Positions 40,989-53,051 of a DNA stretch of 64,000 nt are shown piece after piece; the first letter of the stretch is position 1; each line of letters opens with the position of its first letter. The DNA is taken from positions 291,400,001 through 291,464,000 of the forward strand of contig OZ024742.1 in the NCBI GenBank assembly GCA_964016885.1, written 5' to 3'. A model generated the notes under the pieces. That model was not told where the DNA came from, made no database searches, and was given only the letters and a program-made list of their open reading frames with translations. A program made the translations under genes and the position numbers. The DNA comes from Eledone cirrhosa (taxonomy: Eukaryota).

Positions 40989-42824
40989 TGCAGCCATGCT
41001 GGGGCAACATCTTAATGGGATTTAGTCAATTACCATACATACTCATGTAGAAATATGTAACAAAACATAAAAAAGCACATAAAAATGGGGGGGGGGGGAG
41101 AGAGAGCTTATATTTGAGATCAGTATTTTGCCAATTCTCACCAGCTTCAACATCAATGCCAAAAGATGGCACTAATATATCTCAAGTGATATATATGGAT
41201 ACTTTTGGTAATTTCCATGAGTAAAAAAAGATGTTTAAAATACATCATCTTATTCATAATGCACACATTCAGAAAATATATTTGCAGAATATGCAGTTTT
41301 ACAGATGTTGTGAGGAAACATTGAAATGGGGACAGCACACTGTAGTTATACATATATATACTTGGTCCATTGAAACACAAAAACTTACAAACATACTTTT
41401 ATAAATATACTGAAATACTCTAACACACTCAAAAATGTATAATTCTGCATAGGCATACATTTATGACTACATAAACTGACTATATGTGTGTGTGTTGTAT
41501 GCATACATGTTTTGATTTGTATGTTAAATAAAAAAAACCTATTACATTCAGAAGATGGTGCTATTGTTGTCTGCTATAAGGAAGTAAACAAAAATTCGAG
41601 AAACATGTTGAAACTTTATAAAATGGATGAAATAGTAAAAAAATAATTATGCAATGGAGCTGTGAAACAAAAACTATACTCCAAATGACACTTTAAAACT
41701 TCATAAAAATATTTCCCACTCATGGGAATTTACAAAACTCTGCCATCTAAACATAATGTGTCGACTTATACACAGGGTTTGAATTTTTGCCCATTTCTCA
41801 GACATAAAATGGGGTAGGGGTTGGCTTATATTCAAATCAGCTCATACACGAGTATATATGGTATATCCATACCAGTATTTCATTTTTCTGATCTGGTATT
41901 TATTTTATGGATCTTGATTTTATTGAACTGCTATGTCACAACATTTGACAAAGAAACTCAAATATACAAATCCTTATGCATGTAAGGCACAGGCATATGT
42001 TTTGGGGATCAGCCTCATTGTATGGCACCATGGGCAAGTGTTTCTACTATAACCTGGGGTTAACCAATGCTTTATAAGTGAATTTGGTAGAGGGAAACTA
42101 CACAAGTTTGCCTTGTATTTTTATATTATCATCATCATCATTTTATGTATGTTTCCCAGGTTTGTATGGGTTGGACAGGCTGTCATGACCTGAGACTAGA
42201 CAGGTTGGGTGGGGATCATGTCTTGCTCATATGTGGTGGAATGGTGTAGTGGTTTTTATATTGTGTAGTAGCTTTGATGTAGTGGTGTGGTATAGTGGTA
42301 TAGTGTATTGATGATATGGTGTAGTGGTGTGTTGATATAGTGATGTGGAGGTGTGGGGAAGTTGAAATGATGTAGAGTTGTGGTGTAGTGGAGTGAAGTG
42401 GTCATTACCACAGCTAGATGCCCTACCTAACATCAATCACTTCACAGAGTGAATATATATATATATGGGTGGGGGAGAGGCTACCTGTCTGTGCCCCATC
42501 ACATAGCAGTTGAACTAAAAGAGATATATATCATACCAGACATGAAAAAATAAGTATTGGGGGTCAATACGATCAACTGAATTTCTAAGGTGTTGCTTCA
42601 GCAGGGCCACCAGATGAATAAAAGAACAGTGTTAAATTACAGGGTGTGTATTTGTTTCATGTGAAAGTTATGAAAGCTATATAAGTCATCAGAGAACTTT
42701 TCGTAATGAGGTTTTGCTCATTAACTAAGTATGCCAGCTAATGTTAAGAGGTTTTCTGCTTGAGAAGATATTTTCAGTAGCTCAAAATTCTCATGGCACT
42801 GCCAGCAGTTAGGGAATTTCACAG

Positions 42825-43575
42825 AACAGTAGTTACAGAAGATCTATGAACAGTAGTAGCAGAAGGTCTATGAACAGTAGTAGCAGAAGGTCTATGAACA
42901 GTAGTTACAGAAGGTCTATGAACAGTAGTAGCTGAAGGTCTATGAACAGTAGTTACAGAAGATCTATGAACAGTAGTAGCTGAAGGTCTATGAACAGTAG
43001 TTACAGAAGGTCTATGAACAGTAGTAGCTGAAGGTCTATGAACAGTAGTTACAGAAGGTCTATGAACAGTAGTAGCTGAAGGTCTATGAACAGTAGTTAC
43101 AGAAGATCTATGAACAGTAGTTACAGAAGATCTATGAACAGTAGTTACAGAAGATCTATGAACAGTAGTAGCTGAAGATCTATGAACAGTAGTTACAGAA
43201 GATCTATGAACAGTAGTAGCTGAAGATCTATGAACAGTAGTAGCTGAAGGTCTATGAACAGTAGTTACAGAAGGTCTATGAACAGTAGTTACAGAAGATC
43301 TATGAACAGTAGTAGCTGAAGATCTATGAACAGTAGTTACAGAAGATCTATGAACAGTAGTTACAGAAGATCTATGAACAGTAGTTACAGAAGATCTATG
43401 AACAGTAGTTACAGAAGATCTATGAACAGTAGTTACAGAAGATCTATGAACAGTAGTTACAGAAGATCTATGAACAGTAGTAGCTGAAGATCTATGAACA
43501 GTAGTAGCTGAAGGTCTATGAACAGTAGTTACAGAAGGTCTATGAACAGTAGTTACAGAAGATCTATGAACAGTA
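42825..43575. repeat. 24-bp minisatellite, about 31 units
   Basis: Unit TATGAACAGTAG(TTACA/TAGCT)GAAG(A/G)TC. Confidence 0.98.
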
Positions 43576-45310
43576 ACAGAAGATTTTAGAACATTGATGG
43601 AGTTAATGGCTAGTTGGGCAAGCTTGGATAGAAGCATCATGGTTAGCATATAACTAAAATGTAGAGAAGTAGTGGTATTCCTGAGTAGAGGTATGGTGGA
43701 GTTGTAGTGGTGCTGATGTATTGGTGTTGTGTAGTGGTGGTTGTGTATAGTGGTGCTTTTGCATAGTGATGTTGATATATTGGCATGTCATAGTGGTTGT
43801 ATGGTGGTGTGGTCTAGTGGTGCTGATGTATTGGTGCGGTGGTGTTGTGTAGTGATGCTTTTGCATAGTAATGTTGATGTAATGGAATGTCATAGTGGTT
43901 GTATGGTGGTGTGTTCTAGTGGTGTGCTGGTGATGATGATGTGGTGGTGTGGTATAGTGAAGTTGTAATGATATAATGTTGCAGTAGAGTGGAGTGGTGA
44001 AGTGGAATGGAATAAAGATGTGGTTGTGTGGTAAAGATGCAGTGAAGTGATGTGGTGGCATGGTGTGGTGTAGTGCTATAGACCTAAACCTAGCAGGTAA
44101 GTTGACAGTTTCAATACCAAACTGCATAAAAAATGCTCCTTTTTCTTTAATACAAAATCGTTTGTGATAACAGCTTTATACTTATCTAAAAAAAAACATT
44201 CCATTGTAATTCTATGTAAGAACCTTTGTTAAGATATATTCCAAACACCAGCTTAATAATGAGAAAGTTTGTTATAATACTAAATCCTTCCAGGTTCTTA
44301 TTTTCAAAATTATTTGAAGATCACAGGCAGTGTCTTAGACATATGGTAACAAAAGGATTGAAGTATGTGCTAGTGTGGTGCAGTAATGTGGTTCTACAGA
44401 CATTAAATAAACCAACCATCTAAATACTCATTGCAGTGGTGGTGGTGGTACTAGAGTAATTAAGGCAATGTAGTAGTGTAGTGGTGTGGTGGTGTAGTAA
44501 TGTAGTGTAGTGGTGTGGTGTAGTGTCAGTTAAGGTATGTGGTATATCAGAACAGTTACTATTCCTGAAATATATTTTTATGGCCATAACAGTTAAAGTA
44601 GTGGTGGCAGTAGTGGTAATGGTGAGTATGATGTGATTGGGGGGTGGGGGTGGTGATAGGGTGGTGCTGGTGATAACAGTGAGATAGTTGTGGTGGTGAT
44701 AGGGATGGTAGAGGTGTGATAGGGAGAGATAATATTTCAACACTGAAAGAACAGAAATAGTATTGTAGTAGTGGTGGTGGTAACAGTAGTGGTGGTAGTG
44801 GTAGTAGTAGTAGTAGTAGTAAAGTTGAAATAAATACAAAAAAGATTTTCCAAAGTTAACAGTTGAGGTCATAAAGTTTCTTACACACATGCACCATACA
44901 CACAAATACACACACACACCATCCTTTTCTATCCTCTTTTCCATACTTAGAGTTTCGCAAGGTCTTTTCCAACCCAGTCTCCTTCCACTTGTTGCATTCA
45001 TTCATTATCTCCCCTGTAAGCTTCAGTGTTTTGAAATCAGCTCTCACTACCTCTGTCCAAGTCCTTCTCTACTGCAGCTTCTTTCCACTGGCATCTCCTG
45101 GTACTTCTTTACCCAACACACATCATCCATACTTATAAATATGTACAACACACAGAAAATATCACTATTAGTCACTGCACATGTATTACAAAGAGTAATT
45201 TCACTACAATAGAAACAACACCAAAAATATAGCACTGTAGGTATCCAAGGCACTTAGAGCTGTGCTCACTAATGCTGTTGTTTGTGACAGCAAGCAATGA
45301 AAATTAGACT

Positions 45311-45441
45311 AATGATAATAATAATAATAATGAAATTATTGTGTACAGTGCTCAGGTGCACTACAACTCATCAAAGGTGCATGTATAGTACATAGAATAA
45401 TGTACAAATGTCAGGAAAATGAACAGTGTACGCGTCATGAT
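45311..45441 (-). mobile_element. Second, diverged CR1 3' terminus adjacent to the long copy
   Basis: Diverged duplicate of 45442-45572 with its own (ATT)n tail. Confidence 0.8.
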
Positions 45442-48400
45442 ATAATAATAATAACAATAATGAAATATTGTGTACAGTGCCCAGGTGCACCACAACTCAT
45501 CAAAAAGTGCATGTAGTGTACATAGGGAAATGCACAAACATCAGTAAAATGAACAGTGCACGAGTCATGATACACACATGTGTGCATGAGTATGGAAGGG
45601 GTACATCAGGTGTAGTTTTGGCGTATTTCGGGAAGCATGAGTGTCTTAAAGGATGCAGTGTCTCGGCAGCTAACAATTGACGCAGGCAGTTTGTTCCATG
45701 CTTCAGCAACTCTGAGCGTGAAAAAATGTCTACGAAAGTCATGGGAGCTGTGCTGTTTTCTGATCTTGTAGGCATGTCCACGTGTGTTAGACACATGGAG
45801 ATCAAAGAGGCGCTCAGGGTTGCAATTGGCGAGATGGTTAAAAACTTTGTGGGTATTCACCAAGTCCATTGCCAGACGTCGGAGCTTCAATGAATCCATG
45901 CCCAGGGAAGCAAGGCGTTCAGAGTATGGTAGGTGTCTGATGGAGGGTATGCGCTTGGTTGCACGTCTCTGAACAGTTTCCAGGAGGTCAATGTTCTGAG
46001 CAAGATAGGGGTTCCAGACTGATGATGCGAATTCCAAGTGTGGTTGTACCATAGCTGTATACAGTTTTAAATAGATGGCTGGAGAGCGGCTAACAAAGGT
46101 CTTGCTGAGTGATGCCAAGACACCCTCGGCCTTCTTGACAATCTTAGAGACATGCTTTGTCCAACGCAAATCGTTGCTGACAGTAATGCCCAGGTCACGT
46201 TCACAAGAGGACTTTTTGATATCAGTGTTGTGGAGGGAGTATGTGGACGCTGGATTTTTCCTTCCAAAATGCATGGTGGTACACTTGTCCACAGCCAGCT
46301 TCAGTTGCCAGTCTGTGATCCATTGCTGCATTGTGTCCAGGTCTGATTGTAGGAAAGAGTTGTAAATTTCAGGATCAGTCCTTTTGATTTCAAGGTACAG
46401 CTTGATGTCATCTGCATATTTTAGTACCGTGGCATTCTGTAAGTTGGCATCTATGTCGTTAATATATGCCACAAACAAAAGAGGACCAAGAACAGATCCC
46501 TGTGGTACACCAGATGACATCTCATATGGTGAAGAATGCTGTCCTAGAACCGTGACTACTTCTTTTCGGCTGAGAATGAAGGATTTCAACCAGTCGAAAA
46601 GATCATCCCTCACACCCATTGCAGAGAGTTTTGCCATAAGTCTTTTGTGTGGCACAGAATTAAAAGCCTTAGCAAAGTCAAGGTAAACAACATCCACCCA
46701 TGAGCCGCTGTCAGTGATCCGGGTGATGTCCTCAAGGAACTCGATAAGCTGATCACAGCAGCTGGAGTTAGGGATAAATCCAAACTGTGAGGGCCGGATG
46801 AGGCTGTGAGAGCTCCAGAAATTCCAAAGTGTTTCTCTGACACAGGATTCCATCAGTTTCGCCATACAGCTAGTAAGACTGACTGGACGATAGTTGACAG
46901 ATGATATGCGGTTGACCTTTTTGAACAGGGGAATGACACTGGCAGTTTTCCACTGCTCCGGAGTAGCACCATTGTTGAGACAGTATTGAAAGAAGAAAGA
47001 AAGCTGGCGCAAAAGGAAATACCTGCCACGTTTGAGAAGCAGGTATGTCACACCATCAAGACCAGGGGAGGCAGAGTTGCGCTTATTCTTAAGGTGACGT
47101 CGCAACATTGCAGGTGTAAATTCCATAGTTGTTATGGAATTTGATGTTAGAGATGGTGGAGATGGTACATTCTGGTTTTCAACAGTAAAAATACTTGCAT
47201 AGCACTCAGCAATGAGTTCTGCGCATTCCTTGGGATCGTCAGTGATCTGGCTTGTGTGGGGATTGCGAAGAGGACCAACTGGAGAGTGAGGTCTCTGCTT
47301 TGAATGAACATATTTCCAGAACACCTTACTGTCAGGATTGGTTGCGATGCACTGTTCAAATTCAAGCACTGCCTTCTTTGTCACTTGCTTGAGATGGTTA
47401 GAAGATTTATTCCGCTTTTTTCTGTTGGCATCTGATCTATGCAGTTTATATTCCCGTTCAGCATTCCGACGTTCTTTCCTGGCAAGTCGGACCGCTGAAG
47501 TTTCCCAGATTGCACTTTTGGGGTGGTTATTTTTCCGCTTCCGTGGCACTGATGCTGCACATGCTATCCATATTGAGTCCAGGATGCTCTGGAGTATAGA
47601 GTTCACATCTCCAGAGTTATACATCTCATGCCAGTTTAGGCGCTGTAGCTCAGTGCAGTACAAGTTCCAATCCGCCCTCTTCCAATCAAAGTAAGCAGAT
47701 TGGAGATGGCTCTGGTTTTTGTTGTTGCCCTCAAGTGCCAGATTGGCAATGATCATAGCATGATCAGAGTCGCCTAGCGGTTCCTCAGTAGTACAACTGA
47801 TAACCACTTCAGGAGTAGTGGTGAAGATCAGGTCCAAAGTGTTGTCACCTCTTGTTGGAGAGGTGACTACTTGTGACCAGTTTGAGTCCAGCACTAGTTC
47901 AAGGAAATCGTTTGCGCCTTGTGGCCAACGAAAGGTTTCCCAATCGATCTCTGGATGATTGAAGTCACCTGCAATAAACACATAAGTGGCTGTTTTCTTG
48001 GCAGCAACTCTGAGGATATCGCAAAGCTGTGTGTCCTGATGGTAGTTTGGGGGGGCGATAAACAACACCAAGCAGAAGTGTTGACATGGTCATACGTATG
48101 TCACAGAAAAAAACTTCTTCCTGTGATTTGTTCAAATCAACGCAAGGAATTACCGAAAAGTTTGAACGAACGTAGACCATCACACCACCACCACGGCGGT
48201 TAATGCAGTCCTTGCGGAAAAGGTTGTACCCAGTAATGCTGAAAACCCCATCACAGAGTAAGGAATGTGCCCATGTTTCCGTGACTGTGATGAAGTCAGG
48301 GTCGATGCGTCTGACGTAGGATTCGAACAGATGTATCTTGTTGCATAAACTGCGAGCATTTAAGGACAACAATTTGTACCCTGCTCGCAGTTTATGATGG

Positions 48401-48524
48401 TGTGTAGAGGGTGGCAGGTTGTTCTGGTTTAGTTTCCCAGAGTTGTAGCAGTTTTTACATTGCCAGTTATTGTGGGTAGATCACACTCAGACCAGCTGGT
48501 ATCTCTCTTCCACGTTTCACCAGC
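45442..48524 (-). mobile_element. CR1-clade LINE, 5'-truncated, nearly intact ORF2 (APE + RT)
   Basis: APE: LNARS, TETW, RGGGV, YRPP, GDFNHP, TRGDNTLDL, SDH. RT: QFGF, VVYLDFAKAF, SGVPQGSVLGPLLF, YADD. CR1-type C-terminus TRGH..FFTLRVAEAWNKLP. (ATT)n tail. Confidence 0.95.
45606..48480 (-). pseudogene. CR1 ORF2, 957 codons once a single +1 frameshift is removed
   Basis: The ORFs 47965-48372 and 45606-48071 join at YRPP if one base is removed from the G7 run at 48049-48055; the frame stays open upstream to 48480. Confidence 0.88.
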
Positions 48525-49604
48525 AATAATAGCAATAATAATGATGTTGAAGGTTTGAAAAGTAATTATATATTTTCACTTTATTACAAAACAAAAATGT
48601 TCAATATTATACCTATACTTGGCTTATATCTCACCAATAACCAATATACAATGGTGTAACTATTGATTAAAATATTATTTTTAGTAGCACCACACTTATT
48701 TTTAATGGACTAATATTTGATATTTATGTTCAGTCTAACTAAAGAGGACTAGGTTACTACAACTACCTAAACATTATCATAAACAAATAAACCAACTTCA
48801 TTCTTTCAGAATCATCAAAAGTGAGAGAATTTCTTTAGAGTCCACAGTTTATGTTGAGAGAGATAAAAAAACAAAACAAAAAAAACACACACACACACAA
48901 AAAGACACACAAACCATTTTCGTTGAAGATAAAAAAATTGCTTGTATAAACTACAAAAAGAACCATTATGTAGTCTTGCATGGAATAGCAGACAAAAACA
49001 TGCCATCTCTCTCCCCATTTTCTATTCTTTCTGCTTAATTGGATGAAATAAGATGGTTAACACGAGAATATCACCAACCACTTTGATGTTTATGAAATGG
49101 AATTTTAGATTTTATTTCACATATATTTTCAAATATTTTCGTTTCTTGGTTTATTTTGATATTGTTGTCTTTAAAATAAAAAAATAAAAATATTATCTTC
49201 AAAGAATTCCTCTTTTCTAAAAGAAAATTGGGAAATCAAGTATTTAAGATATTTTTTCTAGAAGCTATGAATACATCAATACAGATGGCAAACAGGTCCA
49301 TAGTTAATATGGAGGGTAAATAACAACAACAATAACATCATCACCTCAGTTAATAACAAAATGACAATAATGACCACACCAACAATAACAACAATGACAA
49401 CACCAACAACTACACCCCCAATAAACAAAAAATGTACTAAAATGTTTTTCTTCCTAAAGCAGGTTTCTAATTAAAACTAACACAAAACGTTAATCAGAGC
49501 ATATTATTGGAATTCCTTGATAAGAATAAAAAAATATTTTGCGTGTAAAATACAGTGAAAGATTTTATTGATCAAATTTCCAATCTATATTATAATAACT
49601 ATAA

Positions 49605-49915
49605 AATATCCAGTCCACAATGTAAAGTGGCCATGTAGGTGTCACGACAAAAAGCCACGTAGGTGTCATGACAAAAAACACTCAGTCCATACTGTAAAGT
49701 GGCCATGTAGGTGTGTGTCACAACAAAAAGCACCCAGTACACACTGTAAATGAGGTTGGCATTAGAAAAGGCATCCATCCATAGAAACCAAACCAGAAAC
49801 AGTTCTGTATGAGCAAGACACAGTCATTTGACCTGGCTTGTCTCACAATGGGACAGCTCGTCTAACCAATGTTCACATGGAAAAATGGATGTTAAACGGT
49901 GGTGATGATGATGAA
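49605..49915 (+). mobile_element. SINE/RTE 3' segment carrying the 48-bp units
   Basis: Same units and tail as 7608-8050. Confidence 0.8.
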
Positions 49916-50507
49916 ACAGCCTTTTTGTCTGTCTGTCACACAAATACTACACTCTCTCTCTCTCTCTCTCTCTCTCTCAAAGACATGCTCAAATTTTCAT
50001 TTAGAATTCATGGAACACAACAGTAAGACAAAGAAGGAGGGGAGGGGAGGGGAGATGTTTTAAATGCTGCACCATGTTCTGTTAATGGTGTTATCCATCT
50101 GTGTCCATTTCTGTCTTTCTCTCATATGGTGTGTGTGCATGCGTGCATGCACACAGGCATGTGGTTTAGTGGTTAGGTTGTTCAGCACATGATTGTAAGG
50201 CTATTAGTTTGATTCCTGGCTGTGCAGTGTGTTCTTGAGTGAGATACTTTATTTCTCTTTGCTCTCGTCCACATACTTGATAAAAATGAGTTGTATCAGT
50301 AAGCCAAATAATTAGTTCTATCACACACTGTCTGTGTCATGTTGTATTTCAATGAGAACAACATTAGGTGTATATTTTTCTGTGGCATGCTAAGTCACTT
50401 ACATGTTAATTGCATGAGCAAGTTGATCTGTTGATCATATCAACTGAAACATTTGTATTTGTAACTAATGGAGGACCAACACACAAACACACTCACACAC
50501 ATATATG

Positions 50508-50712
50508 TAATCCAAGTGGAAGGAAGACGCACTAGAGGAAGTCCACGGAAAACATAAGCAGAGGTGGTGAGAGCTGACCTCAGATCACTGAAGCTCGTAG
50601 AGGAGATGATAAAAGACTGTGACAAATGGAGAAATGCTGTGCTGAAGAGGACCCGTCCCACCCTTGCAAGCAGGGAAACGTGGACGTAAAATGATGATGA
50701 TGATGATGATGT
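50508..50712 (+). mobile_element. RTE LINE extreme 3' end (family of 1737-1930)
   Basis: Reverse-complement match to 1737-1930; (GAT)n tail. Confidence 0.85.
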
Positions 50713-51669
50713 ATATATATGCAGCATCATAGTCCTTTTACATCCATTTTTCAATGATTGCATGTCTTTTCCAGCATAGCCTCCTTCCCCCTACTATGTC
50801 CCCTCATCATTTCTACTGTGAGGTTCTACATTTTGTGATCTGCTTTAAGGTTTTACTTGGTCATCATCTACTGCAGCTACCTGACACTGGGAACTCCTGA
50901 CACATCTTCACCCAGCAATCATTATCCAGCACAGTCTTTTCTCTTGCACACTAGATTTGTTTCTTCTTATACCCAGTCTCTCTCTCAGTCCATCCATGCT
51001 TTGCCTATCATATATATTAACATCACACACTCATCAAAGCATGCTCACTTATACTTTGTCAGATTAAAGAAAAAAAGAATCTTTAAATATACCTCTATAC
51101 TTTTCCATTTCACACACACATATATATATGTATATACATATATAATTCACGAACACAGTTTTGCTAAAATTTGGTGAAGAAACCAAATATTACTTATTCT
51201 GTCTGTAAAACAATGGGTTATATACCAGTGTTGGGTACAAATTTCAGCACAGTAGAAAGTTTTAAATGATGGGTGTAGGAAAACACTGATTATGTTGGAA
51301 ATTTACAATGTTACACTTTAGTTTTTGTGAGACGGTGCATTGCAGTAAACTGCAAATCAAACATTCCTGGCTACCAATCAATAAGTAGTGTAAGAGTCAC
51401 TTTCCTCTGCTTTTATCTTTGAGAATGGAAAATGAAACAAAACAAGAAATGAAAAGAAAAAAGTAAAAAGAAAACTGCTGAAGAGAAAATTAGCTTAGTG
51501 GAGCAATCTTCCTGTCTAAATGATTTGTACAACAGGCAACATCTCTAGTGTGGGTGCCGTGATAAAATACACTCAATACAGTCGTAGTAGTGGCCTCACA
51601 ATTAAATGTAGTCAGTACATTTTATGAAGTAGTACTTCTGGATGCCCTATATACCAATATATGCAGACA

Positions 51670-51992
51670 TCAACAGATGTCCTACTTACCAATACATACT
51701 AATATACAACTATATCTGTCCCTAACAGATGTCTTACACAAGAATACACAGACGCACCAACAGACTACTACATCTATCACCAACAGATGTCCTACACAAC
51801 AATACACACTGCTACATCTGTCACTAACAGATGTCCTATATAACAATACACACATATATACCAAAACACTGCTACATCTGTCCCTAACATGTCCTACATA
51901 ACAATACACACAAACATATCAACATACTGCTACATTTGTCACTAACAGATGTCCTACACAACAATACACATACTTACCAACACACAGCTACA
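51670..51992. repeat. Tandem repeat of about 42-58 bp with an internal palindrome
   Basis: About five to six units of CTACATCTGTCACTAACAGATGTCCTACACAACAATACAC plus a CA-rich linker. Confidence 0.9.
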
Positions 51993-52445
51993 ATTGGCCA
52001 GCTCCAAATATCCTACACATCAATGTGGATACAGCTTGAGCAAGTTTCATTTACCATAACCTTGAGTCATGTCTTGTGAGTGAAACTGCATTTAAAGAAA
52101 CTGTTAGCCTGACGAATGCACCCAGTACACTCTGTAAAGTGATAACACTGGTGCCATGATAAAATGCACCTGGTACACTATAAAGTGATAGTGCTGATTC
52201 CAAGGTAAAACACACACACACTGAAAACTGTACCAAATATGGAAAATATGAGCCTGATATGGTTTTCTGACTTGTCTAGTCTCAGAACATGATACAACCT
52301 GTCCAACCCACGCCAGGATGTAAAAAGATGATAATCATCTTTATGGATTCTGTACAACAAAACAAAGGATATATTTCCTAGCTGTCAATACTTATGGTGG
52401 TAAGGTCTTTAGATTTTATAGAGCAATGTGGACACCACCACCACC

Positions 52446-53012
52446 TTGTCTTGCTCATACGAGAACTGATTTTGGCTTGATTTCTACAGCTGGATGCCCT
52501 TCCTAACACCAACCTCATTTACAGTGAGTGCTGGGTGCTTCTTTTCCATGGCGACTACATGACCACTTTACAGTGTGGTCTGGGTGCTTTTTTGTCGTTT
52601 TGACCACTTTGCAGTGGGAGGGGGTGGGGGCATATTGTCTACATGCTTCAGCTTTGGCTTGTTCCCGTGGGAAGTTGGGTCTTCTGTATTACTGCATGAC
52701 ACCAGAGGTCATCGCTGTTGAGAGGTGTAATTGGGCAAGGTCAGCTTTTATCACCTCATCCCAGGCCTTCTTGGGTCTCCCCACCCCAAGGCTTTCATCG
52801 ACTTTCAGTGTTCTGCACCATTTTATGCAGCTATCATCCTTCATACGCATCACATATCCATACCAACGCAACCTCCTCTCCTGCAGTCTCTCTCTCAAAT
52901 TGTTTATGCTTTGCCATTCGCTTATATTACTATCCATCGGCGTATGCAAGCTTCGTTTCTTTCTAATCTATGCAAGTCTTCTACACTCAGCGCCCAGGAC
53001 TCACAACTATGT

Positions 53013-53015
<3 letters not shown>
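52446..53015 (-). mobile_element. RTE LINE 3' fragment
   Basis: QERRLRWYGYVMRMKDDSC..GRPKKAWDEVI; UTR matches 17950-18180. Confidence 0.9.
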
Positions 53016-53050
<35 letters not shown>

Positions 53051-53051
53051 T

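Noticed and set aside
42825-43575. CRISPR-like array
   Set aside because: Units are contiguous with no unique spacers; eukaryotic context; no cas genes.
43654-44830. His/Thr-rich ORFs on the minus strand
   Set aside because: Degenerate (GTG/GTA)n low-complexity sequence with a local duplication; no domain or splice support.
51670-51992. CRISPR-like palindromic repeats with spacers
   Set aside because: Linkers are homologous, low-complexity CA-rich sequence, not unique spacers.
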